A stretch of DNA of 49,628 nt from Clostridia bacterium (GTDB lineage: Bacteria; Bacillota; Clostridia; UMGS1883): NCBI GenBank assembly GCA_051866635.1, contig JBJDXJ010000023.1, positions 1 to 49,628 of the forward strand, given 5' to 3'. The translations under genes and the position numbers were made by a program. Of this stretch, positions 17,936-26,836 are shown piece by piece. Under the pieces are notes generated by a model, which saw nothing but the letters and a program-made list of their open reading frames with translations, was not told where the DNA came from and did no database searches. The stretch's first letter is position 1; each line of letters begins with the position of its first letter.

Positions 17936-19918
17936 TTGAAAAGAATTATATATTCAACCTATACAAAATTCACAGCAGTGGTGCTGATTTTAGTGTGTTT
18001 AATACTATGTATCAATAATGTATCCGATACAATATACAGGTATATAAATGAGGAGGAGAAAATTTACAATTTAGGGGAAAGATTTGACACGGTAGATTGT
18101 TACCAAGACATACTTACACAACCTTCTGTATGTGTCAGTGAAACATATAATGAGTTTTACAGCAAAGGCAATAAGTTGAGTGTAGATGAAATTTTAAAAA
18201 TAAAACTGGAAAACATCGATTCTTCAAATATAAACTATTTCATTTCCATCAATGATGATGTTTATACAAATTGCGGTGCAGTTAAAAAAGAAGACATTAA
18301 AAAAGATGAGTATTTCTTTACCGAAACAAGGATTCCCAACAGAAAAACAGTATATGAAGAAAGCTGTTACGGTCTTAATCCCTGCATAAACGAATATGAT
18401 AGTGATGACAATATTGTTGTGGCGGTAAGTGTCAAAGAAGATTATGTAAACGAGTGTGAGACAATATGGCTTCAACAGAGAAAATATATTGAGGATACAT
18501 TTATATTTGCAACAGTTTTGTGTATAGTAGCACTGTTACTTATGATTTATTTGATTGCGGTTTCCGGAAAGACAAGTACAGGTGAATATAAAAAAATGTG
18601 GACTGACTTAATATGGACAGAGGTACATATTGCAGATATAGTTTTTGTATGCGTGTTGGAAATATGTGCTTTAGTAATGATGTCCGAAATAGATTTTTAT
18701 AATCATGTGCCATTTTACATGATAAAGACAATTACTATCAGTATGGTCTGCATAGGAACAGTGCTTATTATGACATCGTTTTTGTCGATTGTACGCCAGA
18801 TTAAATGCGGAGTGTTGTCTAAAACCTCTGTAATCTGCAAAATATTTGCATGTGTATATAGGATATTTGTCAAAGAAATTAAGAAATTGCGTGCGGGATT
18901 GCTTAGCACAACAGCTTTGTTGAAAAGCAATTTAAACAAGAAAACCGGAGCAATCCTTATATGCATGTTGTTTGTATACACTGTGCTGATTGGCTTGTGC
19001 GGAATATTTACCCCCGATACAGGCTTAGGATTGTTTTTGGGAATAGCACTGTTCGTTTTTGCCGCATTTGTAATTATACATCGAGCCAATGATATTGACA
19101 GCATCCGACAAGGGGTGAATGAAATAAAAAGCGGAAATATCACATACAAGATAGATATGATAAAAAGCAGTGATTTAAAATGTTTGGCAAATGATATAAA
19201 TGAAATAGGCAACGGACTTGATGAGTCAGTTGCGGCAAAAATAAAAGCCGAAAGATTAAAAACTGAGCTTATAACAAACGTATCACATGATTTGAAAACA
19301 CCGCTCACATCAATAATCAGCTATACACAGCTTTTATCAAATGTGGAAAACCTTCCCGAGGAGGCAAAAGATTACATAAAGATAATAGAACAAAAGAGTG
19401 AACGGCTTAAAAACCTTACCCGGGATTTATTTGATATTTCAAAGGTACAAAGCGGAAACGAAGTTATCAATATTGAAAAGCTTGATGTGAGCATGCTCAT
19501 TAATCAGTCCTTGGGCGAACATGACAGCGAGATTAAAAACTCAAATCTTATTTTCTGTGTTGATGAAGGAAAAAACTTATACGCTTCTGCGGACGGCAGA
19601 AAAATGTCAAGAGTTATGAGTAACCTGATAAGTAATATTCTTAAATACTCCATGGTAAATACAAGGGTGTTTATATCTGCAGTTGAAAAGGACGGAGAAA
19701 TTGTTATTGAACTTAAGAACATTGCATCTTATCAGATAGAATTTGACACAGATGAAATAGTTGGCAGATTTGTTCGTGGTGATAAATCCCGTACAACAGA
19801 AGGCAGCGGACTGGGACTTGCCATTGCAAAAAGTTACACGGAAGCATGCGGCGGAAAGTTCGAGATTGTAACAGACGGGGACTTGTTTAAAGCGATAGTA
19901 AAACTTAAGAAAGCGTAA
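17936..19918 (+). CDS. Multi-TM sensor histidine kinase
   Basis: TTG start with SD AGGAGG; H-box NVSHDLKTPLT, N-box NLISNILKY, G-box GSGLGLAI. Confidence 0.9.
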   Translation: MKRIIYSTYTKFTAVVLILVCLILCINNVSDTIYRYINEEEKIYNLGERFDTVDCYQDILTQPSVCVSETYNEFYSKGNKLSVDEILKIKLENIDSSNINYFISINDDVYTNCGAVKKEDIKKDEYFFTETRIPNRKTVYEESCYGLNPCINEYDSDDNIVVAVSVKEDYVNECETIWLQQRKYIEDTFIFATVLCIVALLLMIYLIAVSGKTSTGEYKKMWTDLIWTEVHIADIVFVCVLEICALVMMSEIDFYNHVPFYMIKTITISMVCIGTVLIMTSFLSIVRQIKCGVLSKTSVICKIFACVYRIFVKEIKKLRAGLLSTTALLKSNLNKKTGAILICMLFVYTVLIGLCGIFTPDTGLGLFLGIALFVFAAFVIIHRANDIDSIRQGVNEIKSGNITYKIDMIKSSDLKCLANDINEIGNGLDESVAAKIKAERLKTELITNVSHDLKTPLTSIISYTQLLSNVENLPEEAKDYIKIIEQKSERLKNLTRDLFDISKVQSGNEVINIEKLDVSMLINQSLGEHDSEIKNSNLIFCVDEGKNLYASADGRKMSRVMSNLISNILKYSMVNTRVFISAVEKDGEIVIELKNIASYQIEFDTDEIVGRFVRGDKSRTTEGSGLGLAIAKSYTEACGGKFEIVTDGDLFKAIVKLKKA

Positions 19919-19950
19919 ATAACGCACAGGGTTGTCCCTGTGCGTTATTT
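19917..19950. terminator. Strong terminator, probably bidirectional
   Basis: Perfect 15-bp inverted repeat aaataacgcacaggg-ttgt-ccctgtgcgttattt. Confidence 0.8.
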
Positions 19951-20084
19951 TATTGCCGTGCGAGAATTTCTTCGCAAACTCAGAAAACGCACATGGCATT
20001 ACAAAGTGTTTCTCCTCTGTCTACCTTAGCTAAGTTATTGCCAAAAGCGAGGAGACACTTTGTTCTGAGGAAGGAATATTAATC

Positions 20085-20113
20085 TTGATGAATGTTTCAG
20101 ATTATGATATAAT
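20085..20113 (+). promoter_or_regulatory. Sigma-A promoter of the ABC operon
   Basis: TTGATG-17 nt-TATAAT with TGn extension. Confidence 0.65.
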
Positions 20114-20146
20114 TAGTTTCAGTTTAAGATAATAGGAAGTGGTAGA

Positions 20147-21235
20147 ATGAAGGTTGTACTGGAAAATCTTACAAAAACATTCCCTTCAAGGAATAAAAAG
20201 GGAAACGATGTTATCGCAGTTGACAATTTCGATTTTGAAATTCCCGACGGAACCTTAGTAGGGCTTTTAGGCCCTTCGGGATGCGGTAAAAGTACCACAT
20301 TAAATCTTATCTGCGGTTTAATTAAGCCTACAGAGGGAAAGATATATTTTGGTGACAGTGATGTGACAAGCCTTCCCCCTGAAAAACGGGGCGTTGGTAT
20401 GGTGTTTCAGAATTATGCCTTATATCCTCATTTGACTGTAAAAGGTAATATAATGTTCCCCCTTGAAAACTTAAAAGGTAAGGATAAACTTACAAAAGCA
20501 CAGATGGAGGAAAAGGTGAAAACAGCCGCCTCTCTTGTACAGATAGAAGAGCTTCTTGACAGAAAGCCCGGGGAACTTTCAGGCGGTCAACAGCAACGAG
20601 TTGCCATTGCAAGGGCTCTTGTAAAGCTTCCTAAAGTCCTTCTTTTGGACGAGCCTCTTTCAAACCTTGATGCAAGATTAAGACTAAAGACACGTGAAGA
20701 AATAAAAAGAATTCAGAAAAAGACAAAGATTACAACCATCTTTGTAACCCATGACCAGGAAGAAGCCATGAGTATTTCTGATTTGATTATCGTTATGAAG
20801 TCGGGCGTTGTTCAACAGGTGGGAAAGCCTCAGGAGGTTTACAGAAATCCCGTAAATCTTTTTGTGGCTAAGTTTTTGGGCACTCCTCCCATTAATGTCT
20901 TTGAAGGTCAGGTTAAAAACGGAAAACTTTACATAGGTGAAGAATGTGTTCTTGATACGCCTTCTGTTTCAGAGGGTGAGGTTTACGTGGGAATAAGACC
21001 CGAAGGTTTTATCGTAGATAAAAACGGTGCATTTACGTGTAATATGGATGAAATTGAAGTTATGGGCAGAGATATTACAATTGTTTCAAACCATAAAAAT
21101 TGTGAAAATTCAAATATCCGTTCAATTATCAGTTCCGAAACAGAAATTGATGAAAACAGTAAAACTGTTAAGTTTAATCTTAAAGCAGATAAGGTGTTTA
21201 TCTTTGATAAATTAACTGAAGAAAGAGTGTTCTGA
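20147..21235 (+). CDS. CUT1 ABC transporter ATPase (MalK/UgpC-like)
   Basis: GPSGCGKS, VFQNYALYPH, LSGGQQQR, LLLDEPLSNLDA; C-terminal TOBE-like region. Confidence 0.92.
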   Translation: MKVVLENLTKTFPSRNKKGNDVIAVDNFDFEIPDGTLVGLLGPSGCGKSTTLNLICGLIKPTEGKIYFGDSDVTSLPPEKRGVGMVFQNYALYPHLTVKGNIMFPLENLKGKDKLTKAQMEEKVKTAASLVQIEELLDRKPGELSGGQQQRVAIARALVKLPKVLLLDEPLSNLDARLRLKTREEIKRIQKKTKITTIFVTHDQEEAMSISDLIIVMKSGVVQQVGKPQEVYRNPVNLFVAKFLGTPPINVFEGQVKNGKLYIGEECVLDTPSVSEGEVYVGIRPEGFIVDKNGAFTCNMDEIEVMGRDITIVSNHKNCENSNIRSIISSETEIDENSKTVKFNLKADKVFIFDKLTEERVF

Positions 21236-21236
21236 T

Positions 21237-22127
21237 ATGAAAAAAAATAATTTGAAAGCATGGCTGTATTTACTTCCTGCAATACTTTTTCTTGGGGTAT
21301 TTATGGTATATCCCCTTATTGATGTTTTTATATATTCCTTTGAGGAAGGATATAACTCTGTTTCCCAAACCTATTTTGGTGTGGGGACATATAACTACTC
21401 CTACATATTGCACGACCCGTATTTCTTGCAGGCACTGAAAAACACCTTTATTTTAGTTATTATAACAGTTCCCGTATCTACTTTTCTGTCACTTTTAATT
21501 TCCGTAGGTTTAAGCTCAATTAAAAAGTTACGGGAATTATACAGTACAATATTCTTTTTGCCATATGTTACAAACACCTTGGCAGTGGGCTTGGTTTTCA
21601 TGGTGCTTTTCAAGAAAACACCTTACTCTGACGGGCTTGTAAATTTAGTTATAAAGTTCTTCGGGGGAGTGGGGGTTGACTTTATCACAGGTCCTTACTG
21701 GGCAAAAATGCTTGTGCTTTGCACATATACCGTATGGGTTGTTATGCCCTTTAAAATATTGATACTTACAAGTGCCCTTGCAAGTGTAAACCAAAATTAT
21801 TACAATGCCGCAAAGGTTGACGGAACGGGGAAGATACGTATTTTTACAAAAATAACACTGCCTATGATTTCACCTATGATGTTTTATCTTGTAATTACGG
21901 GCTTTATCGGAGCTTTCAAAGCCTACAGCGATGCTGTGGCACTGTTTGGAACAAACTTAAACAGTGCGGAAATGAATACTATTGTAGGCTATATTTACGA
22001 TATGCTTTACGGTGACAGCGGAGGTTATCCATCATATGCATCTGCGGCGGCCATAACACTTTTTGCAATTGTGCTGACCATTACATGTATTAATCTTCTT
22101 GTCAGCAAAAAGCATGTGCATTATTAA
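21237..22127 (+). CDS. CUT1 ABC permease (UgpA/MalF-like)
   Basis: About six TM segments; EAA-like YNAAKVDG and ITLP. Confidence 0.88.
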   Translation: MKKNNLKAWLYLLPAILFLGVFMVYPLIDVFIYSFEEGYNSVSQTYFGVGTYNYSYILHDPYFLQALKNTFILVIITVPVSTFLSLLISVGLSSIKKLRELYSTIFFLPYVTNTLAVGLVFMVLFKKTPYSDGLVNLVIKFFGGVGVDFITGPYWAKMLVLCTYTVWVVMPFKILILTSALASVNQNYYNAAKVDGTGKIRIFTKITLPMISPMMFYLVITGFIGAFKAYSDAVALFGTNLNSAEMNTIVGYIYDMLYGDSGGYPSYASAAAITLFAIVLTITCINLLVSKKHVHY

Positions 22128-22139
22128 GGCGGTGAGAAT

Positions 22140-22970
22140 ATGAAAGAAAAAATCACTAAAACAATTACATATTCTTTTCTTTCTCTGTGGGCAATAAGCG
22201 TACTTTTTCCTTTCTACTGGATGGTTCTGACAAGTTTTAAAAGCTACAGTTCCTATAACGGTGAATTTGTGCCTAAGTTCTATGTAACAAATCCCACATT
22301 CAATAATTATATTGACGCATTCACTGCCGTGCCGTTGGGAAGGTATCTGGTAAACACTTTGATTTTTACCTTATGTACAACAGCACTTATGCTTGTTGTT
22401 ATCATACCTGCGGCATTTGCTTTTTCACGTCTTGAATTTAGGGGGAAGAATGTTGTGTTTACATTATTCCTTTCCCTTATGATGATACCCAACGAGCTTG
22501 TTATTATTACAAATTTTATGACCGTTACAAACCTTGATTTGCGTAATACCTTTACAGGGCTTATTCTGCCAAGCGTTACATCGGTTTTCTATATTTATTT
22601 ACTTAAAGAAAATTTTTCTCAGATACCTGACGAATTGTACTATGCGGCGAAGGTTGACGGCACGGGGGACTTTAAGTATCTTGTAAAGGTGCTTCTTCCC
22701 ATATGTAAACCAACTGTTATTACCGTAACTATTTTAAAGGTAATTGAATGTTGGAACAGCTATGTTTGGCCCCGTCTTATAACTGACGATAAAAATTATT
22801 ACCTTGTTTCAAACGGTATTCAGGAAATCAGAGAAAACGGCTTCGGCCGTGAAAACATTCCAGCCATGATGGCGGCAGTTGTTGTAATCAGTATACCGCT
22901 TATTGTACTGTTCCTCATTTTCCGAAAGAAAATTATGGAAGGTGTTGCGAGAGGAGGCACTAAGGGATGA
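22140..22970 (+). CDS. CUT1 ABC permease (UgpE/MalG-like)
   Basis: FPFYWM, IPDELYYAAKVDG, WNSYVWP. Confidence 0.88.
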   Translation: MKEKITKTITYSFLSLWAISVLFPFYWMVLTSFKSYSSYNGEFVPKFYVTNPTFNNYIDAFTAVPLGRYLVNTLIFTLCTTALMLVVIIPAAFAFSRLEFRGKNVVFTLFLSLMMIPNELVIITNFMTVTNLDLRNTFTGLILPSVTSVFYIYLLKENFSQIPDELYYAAKVDGTGDFKYLVKVLLPICKPTVITVTILKVIECWNSYVWPRLITDDKNYYLVSNGIQEIRENGFGRENIPAMMAAVVVISIPLIVLFLIFRKKIMEGVARGGTKG

Positions 22971-24553
22971 TGAAAAAAACTTTGTTGATTATTCTCATAT
23001 TATGCATGGCGTTAAGTTTTGCAGGTTGTCATGGCAATAGGGAAACCGAAAGTTTTACCGTTCCTGAAGAATTTGACACATCAAAGAATTACGAAATATC
23101 CTTTTGGGCAAAAAACGACACCAACAAGGTGCAAACAGCCATATATGAAAAAGCAATCGAAGATTTTGAAAAGATTTATCCTAACATTAAGGTTAACCTT
23201 AAGTTATATACGGACTATTCAAGAATTTATAACGATGTCATTACCAATATTGCAACAAATACAACACCTAATGTGTGTATTACATACCCTGACCATATAG
23301 CAACATATATCGAAGGGGACAATGTTGTTGTGCCCCTTGATGATTTGTTCGATGATGAAAAATACGGACTTGGGGGAAGTGAGATAAAGTTTGATTCCCC
23401 GAAAAAAGAAGAAATTATCCCACAGTTTTTGAATGAATGTGTTCTTGGAAATACAAGTTATGCAATTCCCTTTATGCGGTCAAGTGAAGTTTGCTATATA
23501 AATGTAACACTGCTTGAAAACTTGGGATATACACTTCCCGAAACTTTAACATGGGACTTTATATGGGAAGTAAGCGAAAAAGCAATGGAGAAAAATGCGG
23601 ACGGAACATATAAGGTCAATTCCCAAAATGTACTTATACCTTTTATTTATAAGTCAACTGATAATATGATGATTCAGTGGCTAAAGCAAAACAATGCAGG
23701 CTATTCCAACGATAACGGTGATATTTTAATTTTTAATGACACTACAAAAAAGCTACTGGAACAAGTTAAAATCCATGCGGGAAGCTATGCCTTTTCAACT
23801 TTTAAAATATCAAGCTATCCGGGTAACTTATTAAACGCAAATCAGTGCATTTTTGCAATCGATTCCACAGCAGGTGCAACATGGATAGGTGACGATGCAC
23901 CCCTTTCGGACATTGCAAAGGAGGACATAGCAAAGTTTGAAACAGAGGTTATGATGATTCCCCAGGTGGATAGTGAAAACCCGAAGATGATTTCACAAGG
24001 TCCTTCAATCTGTGTCTTTAACAAGGCAGATAATAACGAAGTTCTGGCGTCCTGGATTTTCGCACAGTATCTTTTAACTAACGATGTGCAGATTGCATAT
24101 TCCAAAACGGAAGGCTATGTTCCCGTGACTAAAAAAGCACAAAGTGCAGAGGAATATCAAGACTACCTTTCAAGATGCGGTGAAGATAACGAAACCTACT
24201 ATGAGGTTAAAATCAAAGCGGCAAAAATTCTCCTTGAAAATACGGAAAACACTTTTGTAACTCCTGTATTTAATGGTTCTGCATCATTAAGAAATGCGGC
24301 AGGTCAGATGATTGAAAGTGTTGCAAAATCCGTAAGGCGAAAAGAAGCGGTGGATGATGAATATTATGACAATCTTTTTAATGATATGGTGTCACTGTAC
24401 CGCCTTAACGAAACAGGGGGATTGGAAAGCAGAAAGGCTTCTTTGGGCCCCTTACCTAAAGAATCCCGTGTTCTTATATGTTCACTGGCAGTTCTTTGGG
24501 TTGGGATTATACTCTATGTGATAAGGGACAGCTTGAAAAAGAAAAAGCAGTAA
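22967..24553 (+). CDS. ABC substrate-binding lipoprotein with an extra C-terminal TM helix
   Basis: Lipobox FAG-C; family-1 SBP features (YAIPF, YIN..LL, GYVP); C-terminal VLICSLAVLWVGIILYVI followed by a basic tail. Confidence 0.82.
   Translation: MMKKTLLIILILCMALSFAGCHGNRETESFTVPEEFDTSKNYEISFWAKNDTNKVQTAIYEKAIEDFEKIYPNIKVNLKLYTDYSRIYNDVITNIATNTTPNVCITYPDHIATYIEGDNVVVPLDDLFDDEKYGLGGSEIKFDSPKKEEIIPQFLNECVLGNTSYAIPFMRSSEVCYINVTLLENLGYTLPETLTWDFIWEVSEKAMEKNADGTYKVNSQNVLIPFIYKSTDNMMIQWLKQNNAGYSNDNGDILIFNDTTKKLLEQVKIHAGSYAFSTFKISSYPGNLLNANQCIFAIDSTAGATWIGDDAPLSDIAKEDIAKFETEVMMIPQVDSENPKMISQGPSICVFNKADNNEVLASWIFAQYLLTNDVQIAYSKTEGYVPVTKKAQSAEEYQDYLSRCGEDNETYYEVKIKAAKILLENTENTFVTPVFNGSASLRNAAGQMIESVAKSVRRKEAVDDEYYDNLFNDMVSLYRLNETGGLESRKASLGPLPKESRVLICSLAVLWVGIILYVIRDSLKKKKQ
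24527..24548 (+). repeat. 22-bp direct repeat, left copy
   Basis: gacagcttgaaaaagaaaaagc, identical to 25222-25243. Confidence 0.9.
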
Positions 24554-24573
24554 GTATTTGCAGAATAAATGTT

Positions 24574-24611
24574 AAAATCCCTCATGGAGCAATGTCCTTG
24601 AGGGATTTTTT
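24574..24611. terminator. Bidirectional terminator
   Basis: aaaatccctcatgga-gcaatg-tccttgagggatttttt between convergent genes. Confidence 0.75.
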
Positions 24612-24621
24612 GACTTATAAG

Positions 24622-24861
24622 TTATATAGCCACCGATAACTCATACAATTCGTGAGGTGCGATATCTTGCCCGTTTGCCCATTCGATAGTATTTCCGCAT
24701 GGGCGAACTGTATTAAATACCGAAACATCGCTAAGCTGACCAAACCAATCTCCGCAAATATATGGTTTAACATTGAATTTCTTTATTTCACCGGTTTCAA
24801 ATGTAACCACAACACTATAATCTTCCTGTGGTACAACACTTAAAACTATAGGGTATTTCAT
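24622..24861 (-). CDS. DUF2442-like protein (putative antitoxin)
   Basis: 79 aa; DYSVVVTFETGEIKKF and TIEWANGQDIAPHELYE match the DUF2442 pattern; SD GGAGG. Confidence 0.75.
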   Translation of the reverse strand: MKYPIVLSVVPQEDYSVVVTFETGEIKKFNVKPYICGDWFGQLSDVSVFNTVRPCGNTIEWANGQDIAPHELYELSVAI

Positions 24862-24872
24862 AAAGACACCTC

Positions 24873-25139
24873 CTATTTTAAAGGTTCAATTTTAAAGAAG
24901 CCATCACCACTTGAAAGCAATTTCCAGTTTGCTTCCAGATCTTCTCTGTGAATTTCAATCCACGCTTCAAGAAGTTTCAACTTTGACTTTGGAAAATCGC
25001 CTTCCAAAATGTTTCCGTCAAAATCCATTACAACATTTTGATCCTGATATTCAGCATGAATATGAGGTACACTATGTTTTCCACCTTTTTCGTTATACAT
25101 TCTTACTATAATTCCGTAAAAAACACAAATCGTGGGCAT
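24873..25139 (-). CDS. DUF4160-like protein (putative toxin)
   Basis: 88 aa; MPTICVFYGIIVRMY, H..PHIHAEY, AWIEIHREDLEANW, KIEPL. Confidence 0.8.
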   Translation of the reverse strand: MPTICVFYGIIVRMYNEKGGKHSVPHIHAEYQDQNVVMDFDGNILEGDFPKSKLKLLEAWIEIHREDLEANWKLLSSGDGFFKIEPLK

Positions 25140-25161
25140 AAAATCACTTCCTTACGATGAT

Positions 25162-25190
25162 ATTATAACAAATTTAATTAGAAAAATCAA
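25162..25190 (-). promoter_or_regulatory. Sigma-A promoter for the DUF4160-DUF2442 pair
   Basis: Minus strand TTGATT-17 nt-TATAAT with TGn extension. Confidence 0.6.
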
Positions 25191-25221
25191 TATAAAATGC
25201 CCGTGTTGTTGCAACATCATT

Positions 25222-25243
25222 GACAGCTTGAAAAAGAAAAAGC
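25222..25243 (+). repeat. 22-bp direct repeat, right copy
   Basis: gacagcttgaaaaagaaaaagc, identical to 24527-24548. Confidence 0.9.
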
Positions 25244-25263
25244 GTAATGTGTAAAATCCTGTC

Positions 25264-25291
25264 TTGACTTATATTTTTTTAGGTGTATAAT
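25264..25291 (+). promoter_or_regulatory. Sigma-A promoter
   Basis: TTGACT-16 nt-TATAAT upstream of the lipoprotein gene. Confidence 0.55.
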
Positions 25292-25328
25292 ATAAAAGAC
25301 ATAAAAATTATACAAGGAGCAGATTAAT

Positions 25329-26099
25329 ATGAAGAAGACATTATCATTAGTTTTGGCACTTTGCCTTATGTTTGCTTTTGCAGGCTGCGGAAACAGTGCT
25401 GAAGAAGTGGCAACAGAAGTTGAAACAGATGCAGTTCTTCCTACTGAAGAAGCTGTGGCAGTAATGAGCTATGAAGAATACATGGCTGCTGAAATCGATT
25501 CACCTGTAGCAGTTGAAGCTTATGTTCAGGCAAAGCAGTCCTGGTGGGAAGATACAGCAACAGTATATGCACAGGATGAAGATGGTGCATACTTTATCTA
25601 CAACATGGCTTGTAGCGAAGCTGATTACGAGCTTCTTACACCCGGTACAAAAATCCTTGTAACAGGCTACAAGGCTGAATGGTCAGGTGAAATTGAAATA
25701 ATTGATGCAACTTTTGAAGTTCTGGAAGGTAATTTCGTTGCAGAAGCAGTTGATGTAACAGAAATTCTCGGTTCAGAAGAACTTATCAATCATCAGAACC
25801 AGTTTGTAAAATTCACAGGTCTTGAAGTTGTAGCCAAGACAGATGCTGAAGGTAACGAAGTAGCTTTCCTTTACAGCTATGACGGTTCCGGTCAGGACGG
25901 CAGTGACCTTTACTTTGATGTAACAGACGGCGAAAATGTTTATACATTCACTGTTGAATCTTATCTCTGCGACAACACAACAGATGTTTATGCAGCAGTT
26001 AAGGCACTTAATGTTGGCGACAAGGTTGATATGGAAGGTTTCCTTTACTGGTACAACGGTGTTAACCCCCATATTACTTCTGTAACAGTTGTTGATTAA
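25329..26099 (+). CDS. Acidic lipoprotein with two OB-fold-like domains, function unknown
   Basis: Lipobox FAG-C; QDEDGAYFIY...LTPGTKILVTG....SGEIEI and LNVGDKVDMEGFLYWYNG resemble extracellular OB-folds. Confidence 0.65.
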   Translation: MKKTLSLVLALCLMFAFAGCGNSAEEVATEVETDAVLPTEEAVAVMSYEEYMAAEIDSPVAVEAYVQAKQSWWEDTATVYAQDEDGAYFIYNMACSEADYELLTPGTKILVTGYKAEWSGEIEIIDATFEVLEGNFVAEAVDVTEILGSEELINHQNQFVKFTGLEVVAKTDAEGNEVAFLYSYDGSGQDGSDLYFDVTDGENVYTFTVESYLCDNTTDVYAAVKALNVGDKVDMEGFLYWYNGVNPHITSVTVVD

Positions 26100-26219
26100 T
26101 TTAAAATAATTAAAAAAGATACATTCCCCTTAAAGTCATACCTGAAATAGAATTTTAGATATAAACTTTAAGGGGATTTGTTATATAATAAGCACATAAA
26201 AATGGAAGGATGATTTAAA

Positions 26220-26612
26220 ATGACATTTTTGGAAAAGTTTGAAGAAATTAAAAAGTTTGCAGATGTACAGGTTGATTTCAATTCTGATTTCGCAATAGAA
26301 ATCAATATGACAGACCCTGATTGTGGCGGTACATTTTATGTGGAACATAAGGGCGGAGTATTAAAATGCGAACCTTATGATTATAACGACCGCAGTGCAA
26401 GGTTGATAATTAAATCCGATGTACTTATAAAGCTCCTTGAAGGAAGCATCGACCCCGTGGCTTCATTTTTGACAGGCAAGTTCAAAATAGAAGGAAGCGT
26501 TGACTCTGTATTAGAACTTATGAAACTTTGTGAGGCGAATAAGGCAAAGAAGAAGGAAGAAAAAAAGGCTGAAAAAGCTACCGCAAAAGCAGAAAAGAAA
26601 ATAAAAAAATAA
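26220..26612 (+). CDS. SCP2 sterol/lipid-binding domain protein
   Basis: GGTFYV, G.IDPVASFLTGKFKIEGS; Lys/Ala-rich tail. Confidence 0.8.
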   Translation: MTFLEKFEEIKKFADVQVDFNSDFAIEINMTDPDCGGTFYVEHKGGVLKCEPYDYNDRSARLIIKSDVLIKLLEGSIDPVASFLTGKFKIEGSVDSVLELMKLCEANKAKKKEEKKAEKATAKAEKKIKK

Positions 26613-26836
26613 AATAAAGTGACATGAAAAGTTGGATTAAAAAATCTGACAATTAGAAGGTTGGTTCAAGGAGCTGTGTCAAAACGATTTTTTAAACGGG
26701 TTGTTCAGGGCTCCTTTTTTGAAAGGTGAAAAATGTACTGTGCGGTGAGTCATTTGAAAAAGTGGAGCCATTTGGGGGACGACAGGCTGACGACTCATTT
26801 GCACAGCCATATAAACAAGATTAAGAGGTATATTTT

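Noticed and set aside
26738-26808. Possible riboswitch (ZTP or c-di-GMP-like) upstream of the LytTR gene
   Set aside because: Lacks the conserved cores (GUGACUGGCG/CGCCUGGGC; GGCAAAC/GACGCAAAG) and has no downstream expression platform
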